A stretch of DNA of 64,000 nucleotides, taken from contig JAUIIM010000001.1 of the NCBI GenBank assembly GCA_030431785.1, forward strand, positions 70,409 through 134,408, given 5' to 3'. The notes beneath the pieces were generated by a model. It worked only from the letters and a program-made list of their open reading frames with translations, did not search any database and was not told where the DNA came from. Position numbers and translations under genes: made by a program. Shown piece after piece: positions 52,573 through 63,077 of this stretch; position 1 is the first letter of the stretch, and each line of letters begins with the position of its first letter. Source of the stretch: Acidimicrobiia bacterium (GTDB lineage Bacteria; Actinomycetota; Acidimicrobiia; Spongiisociales; UBA5794).

Positions 52573-53726
52573 AGCTTCTCCACACGAGCGATTGGCACGT
52601 CGGTAAGACGATCCGGAACAAGAACCGAGCCGACGAGCACGAAGCAGCACTCGCCGAGATCGCCGAGATCGCCGATGCCAACGAAGTTGATGTCGTGGTG
52701 GTCGCCGGCGACCTCTTCGATACGGCCTCACCGACACCCGAGTCCGAACGAATCGTGTATCGAGCGTTGCTGGACCTTGCGGAGACCGGTGCTGCGGTTG
52801 CGGTGATCGCTGGCAACCACGACAACCCGAGGCGTCTCGCAGCTGTTGCACCGTTGCTCGATCTCGGGAAGGTGCAGCTCGTGACACAACCATTGGCTCC
52901 AGCTGATGGTTCGGTCCGTGTGCTGGAAGGACGATCCGGCCAAGAGGTCGCGATCGCGATGCTCCCGTTCGTCTCCAAGCGAGGCATCGTGCGCGCCGAT
53001 GAGCTCATGGACAACGCCGCGTATCAGAATGCTCAGCTCTACAGCGAGCGGATGCGGATTCTCATCGGAACACTGGCGGATGCGTTGCCGGACGATCTGC
53101 CCTCCGTCCTCACCACCCATGCGTTCGTGCTCGGCGGCCAGGCGGGAGGGGGTGAACGCCCGGCACACCTCGTCGACGAGTATGCGATCGCATCGCAGGC
53201 CTTCCCGGCCACCGTCGGGTATGTCGCCCTCGGTCATCTGCATCGTCCTCAACGGATCCATGGTGCGACCGCCATCTACTACAGCGGTTCGCCGCTTCAG
53301 ATCGACTTTGGTGAGGAGGCGGAGCGCAAGCAGGTCAACGTCGTGGAGCTGGCCGTCGGGACGCCGGCGAAGGTGACGGAGGTCCCGCTCACGGCAGGTC
53401 GGCCCCTTGTGACCCTGAGCGGCTCGCTCGCCGAGCTCGCCTCCCAGCTCGAGACGACCGACGATCGAGCCTGGATTCGAGCCCGGGTCGATGAACCGGT
53501 GCGGGCCGGACTCGCGGACGAAGTCCGGGAGCTCCTGGGAGAACGGGTCGTCGATGTGTTCATCGAGCGTCCGGAGTCGACGCCACGGCGGCGCCGAACA
53601 CGCCAGACGTCTCGCACACCGCAAGAGGCCTTCCGTGCCTTCCTCGACGACCGTGACATCGCCGATGATCGCCTTTCCGACCTCTTCGACGACCTGTACG
53701 AGCAAGTGAGCGAGGCGACGGACTGA
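52569..53726 (+). CDS. sbcD: SbcD/Mre11-family nuclease
   Basis: 385 aa. GTG start overlaps the herA stop (GTGA). LLHTSDWHVG, VVVAGDLFD, VIAGNHDN, LGHLH phosphoesterase motifs. Confidence 0.88.
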   Translation: MKLLHTSDWHVGKTIRNKNRADEHEAALAEIAEIADANEVDVVVVAGDLFDTASPTPESERIVYRALLDLAETGAAVAVIAGNHDNPRRLAAVAPLLDLGKVQLVTQPLAPADGSVRVLEGRSGQEVAIAMLPFVSKRGIVRADELMDNAAYQNAQLYSERMRILIGTLADALPDDLPSVLTTHAFVLGGQAGGGERPAHLVDEYAIASQAFPATVGYVALGHLHRPQRIHGATAIYYSGSPLQIDFGEEAERKQVNVVELAVGTPAKVTEVPLTAGRPLVTLSGSLAELASQLETTDDRAWIRARVDEPVRAGLADEVRELLGERVVDVFIERPESTPRRRRTRQTSRTPQEAFRAFLDDRDIADDRLSDLFDDLYEQVSEATD

Positions 53727-56107
53727 TGCGCCCGACGACGCTCGATCTCAAGGGATTCGGCACCTTCCGCGAACCGACGACGGTCGACTTCGAGGATGTC
53801 GACCTGGCAGCGGTGTCCGGACCGACCGGTGCGGGCAAGTCGACGATCGTCGATGCGCTCACGTTTGCTCTCTACGGGTCCGTCACCCGCTACGACGACG
53901 CTCGTCTCGTGGCACCGGTCATCAACTCGATGTCGAACGAGGCGCGGGTACGACTCGATTTCGAGGTGGAAGGAGTCGGGTATACCGCTGTCCGCGTGGT
54001 CCGACGGACGAAGTCGGGTGGTGCCACCACGAAAGAGGCGCGGCTGCAACGCGGCGATGAGGTGGTCGCTGACGACGCCAAGGGCATGACATCATCGGTG
54101 GAGGAGTTGCTGGGGCTGTCGTTCAACCAGTTCACCAAGACCATCGTGCTCCCTCAGGGTGAGTTTGCGACGTTCCTCCACGACTCCGGGACGGATCGGC
54201 AGGCGTTGCTCCGACAGCTGCTCGAGTTCGGTGTCTATGAGGAGATCGGGCGTCAGGCCCGTGGACTGGCGGACCGGCTGAAAGGTTCGATCGACACACT
54301 GGCTCGTCGTCTCGAAGCCATGGGTGAGGTCTCGGACGAAGAACTCGATCAGCTCCGGTCGGTCCATGCCGACATCGACAAGGCAGCTACGAAGGCGAAG
54401 GAGCTCGCCGGAACTCTCACCGAGCAACAGGTCGCAGTCGACGCTGCTCGTGCCGCGCTTGACGAGCATGACGCCCATACCGCGGCGTTGTCCGACATCG
54501 CCGTTCCTACGGCGGTGGAGTCCCTGGGCAAGGCGATCGCCGGGGCGCAGCAAGCAGTTTCGGCGGCGACCGAGCATGAGGAACGGTGCCGTTCGCGGCT
54601 GCAAGCCCTCTCCGCCGAGGCCGAAGGAGCCCCAGACCCCAACGAGCTGCAAGCGTTGATCGCTGCCTACCAGGAACGGGACGAGTGGTCATCGAAGGTG
54701 GCCGAGGCCGAGAAGTCCGATCTTGCTGCGGCGGGCGAACTGGAACGTGCGACCGCCGCAGCGGGGAAGGCGACCACCAGTCTCGCGGACACAACAGAGC
54801 GGCTTGAGACCGCACGCCATCACGCCGGACTCGCCACCTACCAACGCCATCTCGTATCCGGCGAGCCGTGCCCCCTCTGCCAACAACCCGTCGACACGCT
54901 GCCGAGCATGGACGCAGTCGACGACGTCGAGGCGGCCGAGGCGGCCGTTGCCTCCGCGCGTTCTGATCACGATGCTGCTGCCGTCGCCTTGCGCTCGGCG
55001 GGCGAGCAGCGCGCCCGAACCGAAAGTGTCCTCAGGTCGTGCCGTGAGCGTCTCGCCGACATCGAGCAGAGACTCGCCGGGGCCCCCTCGGTCGATGAGC
55101 TCGCGGAGCAACTCGCTGAAGCCCGGAAGACTGCAGAACAGCGAGAGGAAGGGCGTCGAGAACTCGACGGTGCAACATCAGCAGTGCGGTCTGCGACGTC
55201 GCAGCTCGATGAACTCCGCACCCAAGAGAATGCGCTCCGTGCGGGGTTCGGTGAGGCACGAGACGCGGTCGTCGTCCTCGATCCGCCACAGCCGAGTGGG
55301 GAGGGCTTGGCAGATGACTGGCAAGCACTTGCACGCTGGGCAGAGGAGCGGGCAGCGCTTCGAGCCGCCGAACGTAAACAGCTGGTCGATCACCATGTCG
55401 AGGTCTCGGCGGCGTTCGCCAAGACCCAGGGCGAGTTCGTCTCGGTGGTCGAACCGTTCGTCGACACGGATTCGAGCGATGACATCATGCTTGCGCTCGC
55501 TCGGGAAGGAGATCGTGTTGTCGCCCAGATCTCCGAGGCCGAGAAGCTCGCCGAGGAGCGGGCGACGCTGTCGGCCGAGCTCGCATCATCCACGGAGCGC
55601 TTCGCAGTCGCGAACGAGCTCGGGCAGCTGCTGAAGGCGAACGGCTTCGAACGCTGGTTGATGGATGAGGTGATGGACGTCCTCATCGAACGAGCGTCGG
55701 CGAGACTCATGGAGCTGTCGAGCGAGCGGTATCAGCTACTCCACGACGACGGTTCGTTCCTCGTGGTCGATCATCAGAACGCCGGTGAACGCCGTGACGT
55801 CAAGACGCTCTCCGGTGGCGAGACGTTCCTCGCATCCCTGTCGCTGGCGTTGGCGTTGAGTGACAGCATCGCTGAGCTCGCCCCGGCGTCGACACCGCGG
55901 TTCGAGACGATCGTGCTCGACGAAGGGTTCGGTGCCCTCGACGTCGAGACGCTCGATGTCGCTGCCTCCGCCGTGGAGGAACTCGGAGCAAGCGGCCGAA
56001 TGGTCATCGTCGTCACGCACATCGCTGCACTCGCCGAGCGACTCCCCACCCGGTTCATCGTGGGCAAGGGTCCCTCAGGATCGACCGTCACGAGGACGGA
56101 GCAATGA
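53726..56107 (+). CDS. sbcC: SbcC/Rad50-family SMC-like ATPase with a CxxC zinc hook
   Basis: 793 aa. GPTGAGKST Walker A, long coiled coil, and CPLC at 54869-54880 (mid-protein). LSGGETFLASLSLALAL signature and IVLDEGFGALD Walker B. The start overlaps the sbcD stop (TGATG). Confidence 0.88.
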   Translation: MRPTTLDLKGFGTFREPTTVDFEDVDLAAVSGPTGAGKSTIVDALTFALYGSVTRYDDARLVAPVINSMSNEARVRLDFEVEGVGYTAVRVVRRTKSGGATTKEARLQRGDEVVADDAKGMTSSVEELLGLSFNQFTKTIVLPQGEFATFLHDSGTDRQALLRQLLEFGVYEEIGRQARGLADRLKGSIDTLARRLEAMGEVSDEELDQLRSVHADIDKAATKAKELAGTLTEQQVAVDAARAALDEHDAHTAALSDIAVPTAVESLGKAIAGAQQAVSAATEHEERCRSRLQALSAEAEGAPDPNELQALIAAYQERDEWSSKVAEAEKSDLAAAGELERATAAAGKATTSLADTTERLETARHHAGLATYQRHLVSGEPCPLCQQPVDTLPSMDAVDDVEAAEAAVASARSDHDAAAVALRSAGEQRARTESVLRSCRERLADIEQRLAGAPSVDELAEQLAEARKTAEQREEGRRELDGATSAVRSATSQLDELRTQENALRAGFGEARDAVVVLDPPQPSGEGLADDWQALARWAEERAALRAAERKQLVDHHVEVSAAFAKTQGEFVSVVEPFVDTDSSDDIMLALAREGDRVVAQISEAEKLAEERATLSAELASSTERFAVANELGQLLKANGFERWLMDEVMDVLIERASARLMELSSERYQLLHDDGSFLVVDHQNAGERRDVKTLSGGETFLASLSLALALSDSIAELAPASTPRFETIVLDEGFGALDVETLDVAASAVEELGASGRMVIVVTHIAALAERLPTRFIVGKGPSGSTVTRTEQ

Positions 56108-57024
56108 TGCAATTTGCGGTCGATGCTTGGGAGCCGGACTACGGAGCGGGTGGGGACAGCACCCACCTCGACAAGACCGAAGGGATGGTCGACGTCGGGG
56201 TCGAACTCGGAGCCGCCGAGTGGGAACCGGTGGACCCCGGTGCTGTCGACCCTCCCGAGAGTGTGATGTTCGTCGACGGAGTCCGGAGGATCGACGCCCG
56301 ACTGTGGATCACGTCAGCCGACGGTTTGGTGCATCCCGGAGTGTGTGCATCGTTTGCCGCCGGTGCTGTGGTCGCCAGAGGCGGCGAGGCGAGCGTCGAG
56401 GCGATCAAGGTGGGTCGTGGTCTGTTTGCGCTCGCAGGGGAAGGCTTGGGTCCGATCGTCACGAAGGACGTCACCTATGCGTTGTACCCGGTCGCCGATG
56501 ACTCGAGCGAGGGTCTGTATCTCGGTGTCCACGAGCAGATGACGGCCCTCGAGTTGTCGATCGAGTCCGATGGCATCGATCTCGTCGTGTTCGATGGTCC
56601 CCTGAGGGGTCGGCAGTCAGCGACGGCTGTCGGCTATGTGAAGACACATCATGTCCAGTACCTCCCGGAGGACCAACAGCGGGTGGTGTATCGGTTGGCG
56701 CCGGGTCAGCGTTCACCCCTCTTCCTCGTAGGTGGTCAGGGCTTCTCGAGGTGGTCGTGGTATGTCCGACTGCCCGGGCCGATCACGCACCCGCTTGCCG
56801 GGGTGGTGCGCTGTGAGCTGGCGGGTCTGGGGACGGTGGACGACGCCGCATGGCGCGCCTCGCTAGTGACCGCGACGCTCGGGCGTTTCGCCAGCGAACC
56901 CCACAAGGACGGTCGGGCACCCCAGAACCTCTACCCGATCGCTGGGCTCGAGCGGGAACTCCAACGTCGCTTGGGCGACCGAGTGTTCCTCGAACGCGGT
57001 CTTCGGCTCGCAGCGTCCGGTTGA
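56104..57024 (+). CDS. nurA: NurA-like nuclease (RNase H-like fold predicted)
   Basis: 306 aa. The ATG overlaps the sbcC stop. VMFVDGVRRID, EQMTALELS and DLVVFDGPLRG are placed like the NurA catalytic D/E/D motifs. The call rests on motif and context only. Confidence 0.6.
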   Translation: MMQFAVDAWEPDYGAGGDSTHLDKTEGMVDVGVELGAAEWEPVDPGAVDPPESVMFVDGVRRIDARLWITSADGLVHPGVCASFAAGAVVARGGEASVEAIKVGRGLFALAGEGLGPIVTKDVTYALYPVADDSSEGLYLGVHEQMTALELSIESDGIDLVVFDGPLRGRQSATAVGYVKTHHVQYLPEDQQRVVYRLAPGQRSPLFLVGGQGFSRWSWYVRLPGPITHPLAGVVRCELAGLGTVDDAAWRASLVTATLGRFASEPHKDGRAPQNLYPIAGLERELQRRLGDRVFLERGLRLAASG

Positions 57025-57028
57025 CGCT

Positions 57029-59758
57029 TCAGCGTGGTTCGCGCAATGCCGCTTGTGCGGCGGCGAGTCGCGCGACAGGAACACGCGGAGGCGAGCAGCT
57101 CACGTAGTCGAGACCGAGCCGGCGACTCAACGCGATCGACTCGGGATCTCCGCCGTGCTCCCCGCATATCCCCGCATTCAAGTCTGCACGTGTGGCACGA
57201 CCCTTCTCGATGGCGATCCGCATCAGCTCACCGACGCCTTCGACGTCCAAGGTCGAGAACGGATTGCGTTCGAGGACCCCTTCCTCGAGGTAGTGGACGA
57301 GGAACGCCTTCTCCGCGTCGTCGCGACTGATGCCGAACGTCATCTGTGTCAGGTCGTTGGTCCCGAATGAGATGAACTCGGCGTACTCCGCGATCTCGTC
57401 GGCGGTCAATGCTGCCCGCGGGATCTCGATCATCGTGCCGAATTCGTAGTCGATGTCCGCACCGGTCTCGTCCATGACTGCCCGTGCCTCTTCTTCGAGT
57501 GTGGCTCGTTGGCGAGCGAGCTCGTTCACGTGCGAGGTGAGCGGGATCATGATCTTGGGGTGGACCGTCTTCCCTTCGTCGGCCACCTGACACGCCGCCT
57601 CGAAGATGGCTCGCACCTGCATCCGGGTCAGACCAGGGAGCGCGATCCCGAGTCGAACGCCCCTGAGGCCGAGCATCGGATTCGCCTCGCGCAGGCTTTC
57701 GACACGTTCAAGGAGATGCTCTGCCTCCTCGATCTGTGACAGGATCTCATCGATCTCAGTGAGCGAACCAGCGGACTGGATACGGATCTTCAGATCGGTC
57801 AGGTTCGTCGTCAACTCTTCGTAACTGGGCAGGAACTCGTGGAGGGGCGGGTCGATCAGACGGATCGTCACGGGCAGACCATCCATCGCTCTGAACAATC
57901 CGACGAAGTCGGACCGTTGCATCGGGAGCAGCTGCTCGAGGGTCTCGGTCACCTCAGCTGGGATGGTCGCCGTGATCATCCTCTGCATGATCGGGAGACG
58001 ATCGGGGGCGAAGAACATGTGCTCGGTGCGCACCAGTCCAACGCCTTCGGCTCCGTACTCCCGGGCGAGTACCGCGTCCTCCGGGGTGTCCGCGTTGGTC
58101 CAGACACCTATGTCACGCTTCTCGTCTGCCCACCCGAGCAGCTTCCGAAGCCATTCGTTCCCGAGATCCGGCGTCTGCATCGCGACCTCGCCGAGGATGA
58201 CTTCACCGGTCGTCCCGTCGACGCAGATGACCTCTCCCTCGCGGATCACTTGATCGCCGACATGGAGTACGCGGTCGGCGAGGTCGATCACGAGCCGGTC
58301 GGCACCGACGACGGCAGGCTTGCCGAACTGCCGGGCGACGAGGGCGGCATGGCTGGTGCGGCCCCCGCGACTGGTCAGGATGCCGTTCGCCGCAAGCATG
58401 CCGTGCACGTCGTCCGGCTTGGTCTCGGGGCGAACCATGATGACATCGCGCCCTTCTTCGACGGCCCACCGTTCGGCCAAGTCGGCATCGAACGCGATCA
58501 TGCCCACGGCGGCTCCAGGGGAGACGTTGAGTCCGGTCGCCAGCAGGCGCCCCTCGTTCGCAGCCTCCTTCTTTGCATCCGCCAAGAACGACGGGTGGAG
58601 GAAGAAGTCGATCTGATCGGGCAGGACTCGTTGGAGCGCCTCCTCCTTCGTGATGAGCCCTTCTTCGGCCATGTCGACCGCAATGCGCACAGCGGCCTGT
58701 GCTGTCCGCTTTCCATCGCGTGTCTGTAGGAGCCAGAGCTTTCCGCGCTCGATCGTGAACTCCATGTCCTGCATGTCGCGATAGTGCTGCTCCAGAGCAG
58801 TAGCGATCCTCTCAAACTCGGCGAGGCTCTCAGGGAACTCCTCCGCCATCTGGTGGACCGGCTTGGTGACGCGGATGCCGGCGACCACATCCTCGCCCTG
58901 CGCATTCGTGAGGTAGTCCCCCTCGAGGTTCGGCTCACCGGTGGTGGCGTTGCGCGACATCGCGACGCCAGTCGCCGAATCGTCACCCATGTTCCCGAAC
59001 ACCATGGTCTGGATGTTGACCGCGGTCCCGAGGTCATGGGCTATTCCGGCCGCGTTCCGATAGTCACGTGCACGCTTCCCGTCCCACGAGCGAAACACGG
59101 CTTCGATCGCGAGATGCAGCTGCTCCACTGGGTCTTCCGGGAAGGTCCGCCCGGCGTAGCGTTCGACGATCGCCTTGAACTCGTCAGCGATGGACCGGAA
59201 GTCGCTCGCTTCGAGGTCGGAGTCGTTCTCGACTCCTCGCTCGTTGCGGTATCGGTCAAGAACCTGTTCGAACGGTTCGTCCCTGACACCGAGCACCACA
59301 GCGCCGAACATCTGGATCAGGCGACGATAGGAGTCGTAGACGAAGTGCTCGTCGCCCGTCAACCGCACGAGTCCCTCGACGACGTCGGCGTTCATGCCGA
59401 TGTTGAGGACGGTGTCCATCATCCCGGGCATCGAGAACTTCGCGCCCGACCGGCAGGAGATCAAGAGAGGCTCGTCTGCGTCGCCGAACTGCTTTCCCGT
59501 GGCCTTTTCGGTGTCGTGCAATGCCGCCGCTACCTGATCGACGAGGCCGTCGGGGAATTCCTCCCCCTGTCCAAGGTACGCGTTGCAAGCCTCGGTGGTG
59601 ATCGTGAATCCGGGGGGTACGGGCACGCCAATGCGCGTCATCTCGCCAAGATTCGCTCCCTTGCCGCCCAACAGACCGCGAACCTTGTCCCAGTCGCCGT
59701 CGACGAAATCCTCCGCCGACGCCACCTCAGCGAATCCGTAGACCCACCTCGTCACCAT
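57029..59758 (-). CDS. ppdK: Pyruvate, phosphate dikinase
   Basis: ORF 57029..59770. Probable start is ATG 59758 (MVTRWVYGFAE...GGKGANLGEM). TSRGGRTSHAALVARQFGKP phospho-His region. A C-terminal PEP-utilizing domain. Confidence 0.92.
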   Translation of the reverse strand: MVTRWVYGFAEVASAEDFVDGDWDKVRGLLGGKGANLGEMTRIGVPVPPGFTITTEACNAYLGQGEEFPDGLVDQVAAALHDTEKATGKQFGDADEPLLISCRSGAKFSMPGMMDTVLNIGMNADVVEGLVRLTGDEHFVYDSYRRLIQMFGAVVLGVRDEPFEQVLDRYRNERGVENDSDLEASDFRSIADEFKAIVERYAGRTFPEDPVEQLHLAIEAVFRSWDGKRARDYRNAAGIAHDLGTAVNIQTMVFGNMGDDSATGVAMSRNATTGEPNLEGDYLTNAQGEDVVAGIRVTKPVHQMAEEFPESLAEFERIATALEQHYRDMQDMEFTIERGKLWLLQTRDGKRTAQAAVRIAVDMAEEGLITKEEALQRVLPDQIDFFLHPSFLADAKKEAANEGRLLATGLNVSPGAAVGMIAFDADLAERWAVEEGRDVIMVRPETKPDDVHGMLAANGILTSRGGRTSHAALVARQFGKPAVVGADRLVIDLADRVLHVGDQVIREGEVICVDGTTGEVILGEVAMQTPDLGNEWLRKLLGWADEKRDIGVWTNADTPEDAVLAREYGAEGVGLVRTEHMFFAPDRLPIMQRMITATIPAEVTETLEQLLPMQRSDFVGLFRAMDGLPVTIRLIDPPLHEFLPSYEELTTNLTDLKIRIQSAGSLTEIDEILSQIEEAEHLLERVESLREANPMLGLRGVRLGIALPGLTRMQVRAIFEAACQVADEGKTVHPKIMIPLTSHVNELARQRATLEEEARAVMDETGADIDYEFGTMIEIPRAALTADEIAEYAEFISFGTNDLTQMTFGISRDDAEKAFLVHYLEEGVLERNPFSTLDVEGVGELMRIAIEKGRATRADLNAGICGEHGGDPESIALSRRLGLDYVSCSPPRVPVARLAAAQAALREPR

Positions 59759-59895
59759 GCTTGACCCCATCTTTCTCTTGATGCGGCCTCTCTACGCTGT
59801 GATCGTCCCGATGGTAGCCCCGGTGCCTGATGTGCTCGCCGGGTGCGTCACCCAAGCGTTGTGCCCCGGGTGAGTATCGCGCGTAGGATGGGGCG

Positions 59896-60327
59896 ATGGC
59901 CCACAACCTCCAGATCGTGATCGACTGTGCCGAGCCGCACACGTTGGCGGCGTGGTGGGCGGAGACTCTCGATTGGATGGTCGAACCGCAGGATGCCGAC
60001 TTCATCCGGTCCATGATCGAGCAAGGTTTCGCCTCTGAGGACGACACCACGGTGTTCGACGGGCATCTCGTCTGGAAGGAAGCGGTCGCCATTCACCCTG
60101 ATGCCGAGAAGTCACCCGAGCGACCGCGCATCCTCTTCCAACAGGTGCCCGAGGCCAAGACGGTGAAGAATCGGGTCCACCTCGACATCCGACCTGTCGG
60201 CGTAGATGTCGAGGAACTGAGGGAGCAACTACTTCAACGCGGTGCGACCGTCCTCCACGAGGGTCGGCAGGGACCCCACACCTGGTTGACGATGGCGGAC
60301 CCCGAGGGCAACGAGTTCTGCATCTGA
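59896..60327 (+). CDS. VOC (glyoxalase) family protein, paralog of 38480..38860
   Basis: 143 aa. VIDCAEPHTLAAWW...KNRVHLDIR...DPEGNEFCI. Confidence 0.7.
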   Translation: MAHNLQIVIDCAEPHTLAAWWAETLDWMVEPQDADFIRSMIEQGFASEDDTTVFDGHLVWKEAVAIHPDAEKSPERPRILFQQVPEAKTVKNRVHLDIRPVGVDVEELREQLLQRGATVLHEGRQGPHTWLTMADPEGNEFCI

Positions 60328-60367
60328 TGTGAGCCTTCGACGGGGAATGTGGCTCTACGATTGGTCC

Positions 60368-62962
60368 ATGCTGCTCGAGCGCGATGGCTATCTCGAAACC
60401 CTCTCCGACCGCCTCGATACCGTTCGATCTGGTGAGGGCGCCTTGGTTCTGGTGGCTGGCGAAGCTGGCGTCGGAAAGACCGCCCTCGTCGACGCATTCG
60501 TCTCTGGCCTCGGGGGCGACATCCTGATCACGCGGGGTCAGTGCGATCCTCTGACGACACCTCGGGCCCTCGGACCGATCCATGACGTCGTCGCCGATGG
60601 CGCGTTCGGGCTCGGAGGCGTCGCCCTCACGGATGACCCGACCGAGATGTTTGCCGAGATCCTGGATCGTCTTTCGAACTCGATCCGTCCGATCGTTCTC
60701 GTACTGGAAGATATCCACTGGGCAGACGGTGGAACACTCGACTTCCTCCGGTATCTCGGGCGACGCGTCGAATCGACTCGGGCTCTGGTCATCTGCACAT
60801 ACCGTGACGACGAGGTCGGGCAGCTCCACCCGCTCCGGCCGGTACTCGGGCAGCTCATTCCGAGACCGGCGGTCCACCGGATCAAGCTCGATCCGCTCTC
60901 TGCAGAAGCGACTAGGGCTCTGGCGGAAGGCTCTCGCATGGACACAGAGCGACTCCATCGCGTGACCGGAGGCAATGCATTCTTCGTAACCGAGGCCGTC
61001 GCCGCCGGGGACCTCATCCCGGCCTCGGCGCAGGACGCCGTGCTTGCGCGGGTCGGCAGGCTGTCGGCCGCTGCTCAGCGGGTGGTGAGGGCCGTGTCGG
61101 TCTCTCCGCGGCCGATCCACATTGCCACGTCGATCCGGCTGGCCGGTGTGCATCACGAGGCTGTCGACGAGGCGCTCGATGCAGGAGTGCTCGTTGCAAT
61201 CGGCCCGGATGTCCGCTTCCGCCATGAGATTGCGCGAGTCGCAGTGGAGCAGTCCCTACCCGGCGGTTCGCGGGTTGCTCTCAATGAAGCGATGCTCGGC
61301 TTGCTGTTGGAGGACGATCCGCCGGATCCGTCCCTGATCGCCCACCACGCGATCGCCGCCGGCGACGGCGAGAAGGTCGCCGAGTTTGCCCCGATCGCTG
61401 GCGACGAGGCGCGCCTCGCCGGTGCGGGACGCGAGGCGGTCGCCTTCTACGAGGCGGCGCTCAGCCATCGCACGTTGCTCGAGGACGCCGACGAAGCGCG
61501 GGTCGAGTACGAGTACGGCTGGCTCTTGGCACGACAGATGAGGCATCGAGAAGCACAGGACGCCCTCGAACGCGCAGTCGATCTCTACGAAGAGCTTGGT
61601 GACACCGAGATGACGTGTCGGGCGTTGGTACGGCTCCAGAGTCCGACCTGGGTGCTCGACTCACGGGAAGCAGCTTTGGGAGTGACCGACCGTGCTCTCG
61701 CCCTGGCCCGTGACAGGGGCAGTCCCGAGGCCGAAGCGTCGGTCCTCTATCGAATCGCGCACAACAACATGGTCGACCGCAACCGCGATGGCGCTCTCGA
61801 AGCAGCAGCAGCCTCGTTGGGGATTGCCGAGCAGGTCGGGAATGTCGAGGAAGCATGGCGGGCCGGCCTCATGGTGGGGTGCGTCCAGCTCGTGATGGGT
61901 GATGCCGATACTGGGGCCGAGCTGATTCGTCAGAAGGTCGACGCGGCGAGAGCACTGGGTCGAAGCGATCTCGAGGCCTCTGCGTTGGGAATGCTCGGCA
62001 CCGGAGCCGGGGAGGTGCGGGAGTACCAACTGGCCGTGTCAGCCCTGGAGGCCACGATCGCGTTGAGTCAGGCGGTTGATGACGATGCAAACGGTGCATA
62101 CAGCGTCGCCTGGCTGGCGCGGGTGCGTTTCGAACAAGGCCGGTGGGATGAAGCGCTGGAGCTTGCGGAATTGGTGTTGTCCGACGACGCGAGCACGGGC
62201 ATCGAAGCTATCACTGCCCATGGAGTCAGGGGCAGGGCCCTGACTCGGCGGGGAGAACCCGACGAGCGTGACGGTATCCAATGGGTACTGGACCGTGCCG
62301 ATGGCGAGCTGTTCCAGTACGTCTGGGGTGCGTACTGCGGCGTAGCCGAGCATGCCTGGCTGAACGGCATGGATGAGGTCAGCGCCGAGCCAGATCTCAG
62401 TGATCTTCTCCAGTCGGCCCATGCACGAGCACTGAACACGGACAGTCCGTGGGCGCGGGGCGAAGTCGGCTTCTGGTTGTGGCGCCTCGGCATGATCGAT
62501 GGTTCGCCGGACGGAGCAGCAGAGCCGTATGCGTTGCAGATGGCCGGCGACTGGGAGCAAGCAGCGGAAGCGTGGGAGGCGATCGGGTGTCCCTACGAGG
62601 TCGGTATGGCACTGTTGGATGGCGACACCGATGCGGTGGCGCGGGCACACACGATCTTCGACGCCATCGGAGCCGCTCCCGCCGCCAAGATCGCTCGTGA
62701 CCGCTTGCGCAAACTCGGCGTGGTGGCACGAGGCCGGGGCGCGAACCGATCGACGATCGCGAACCCAGCGGGCCTCACCGATCGACAGCTTGAGGTCCTC
62801 GGGCTGATGGTGCGCGGCCTGTCGAACGGTGAGATCGCAGACGCCTTGTATGTGGCCCCCAAGACCGTCGAGCACCACGCATCAGCCATCTACGCAAAAC
62901 TCGCCGTGGATGGCCGGGCCAAGGCCGTGGCTGTCGCGACGGAGCAGGGTCTCTTCGAATAG
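60368..62962 (+). CDS. Large ATP-binding LuxR-family regulator (LAL/MalT-like: AAA/NB-ARC-type ATPase, TPR-like repeats, LuxR HTH)
   Basis: ORF 60329..62962. Likely ATG at 60368 (MLLERDGYLETL). VAGEAGVGKTAL Walker A, VLVLEDIHWAD Walker B. C-terminal LTDRQLEVLGLMVRGLSNGEIADALYVAPKTVEHHASAIYAKL. Confidence 0.85.
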   Translation: MLLERDGYLETLSDRLDTVRSGEGALVLVAGEAGVGKTALVDAFVSGLGGDILITRGQCDPLTTPRALGPIHDVVADGAFGLGGVALTDDPTEMFAEILDRLSNSIRPIVLVLEDIHWADGGTLDFLRYLGRRVESTRALVICTYRDDEVGQLHPLRPVLGQLIPRPAVHRIKLDPLSAEATRALAEGSRMDTERLHRVTGGNAFFVTEAVAAGDLIPASAQDAVLARVGRLSAAAQRVVRAVSVSPRPIHIATSIRLAGVHHEAVDEALDAGVLVAIGPDVRFRHEIARVAVEQSLPGGSRVALNEAMLGLLLEDDPPDPSLIAHHAIAAGDGEKVAEFAPIAGDEARLAGAGREAVAFYEAALSHRTLLEDADEARVEYEYGWLLARQMRHREAQDALERAVDLYEELGDTEMTCRALVRLQSPTWVLDSREAALGVTDRALALARDRGSPEAEASVLYRIAHNNMVDRNRDGALEAAAASLGIAEQVGNVEEAWRAGLMVGCVQLVMGDADTGAELIRQKVDAARALGRSDLEASALGMLGTGAGEVREYQLAVSALEATIALSQAVDDDANGAYSVAWLARVRFEQGRWDEALELAELVLSDDASTGIEAITAHGVRGRALTRRGEPDERDGIQWVLDRADGELFQYVWGAYCGVAEHAWLNGMDEVSAEPDLSDLLQSAHARALNTDSPWARGEVGFWLWRLGMIDGSPDGAAEPYALQMAGDWEQAAEAWEAIGCPYEVGMALLDGDTDAVARAHTIFDAIGAAPAAKIARDRLRKLGVVARGRGANRSTIANPAGLTDRQLEVLGLMVRGLSNGEIADALYVAPKTVEHHASAIYAKLAVDGRAKAVAVATEQGLFE

Positions 62963-63077
62963 TCATCCCGGGGTGGGGCGAAGCAAAGATGGGGGCGCAC
63001 CCCGATGGCGGTTTGGTCCACTCGTGCGAAGTTGTGCTCAGAGATCGGAACCACCGATCGTGGAAAGGAAGCACAAC

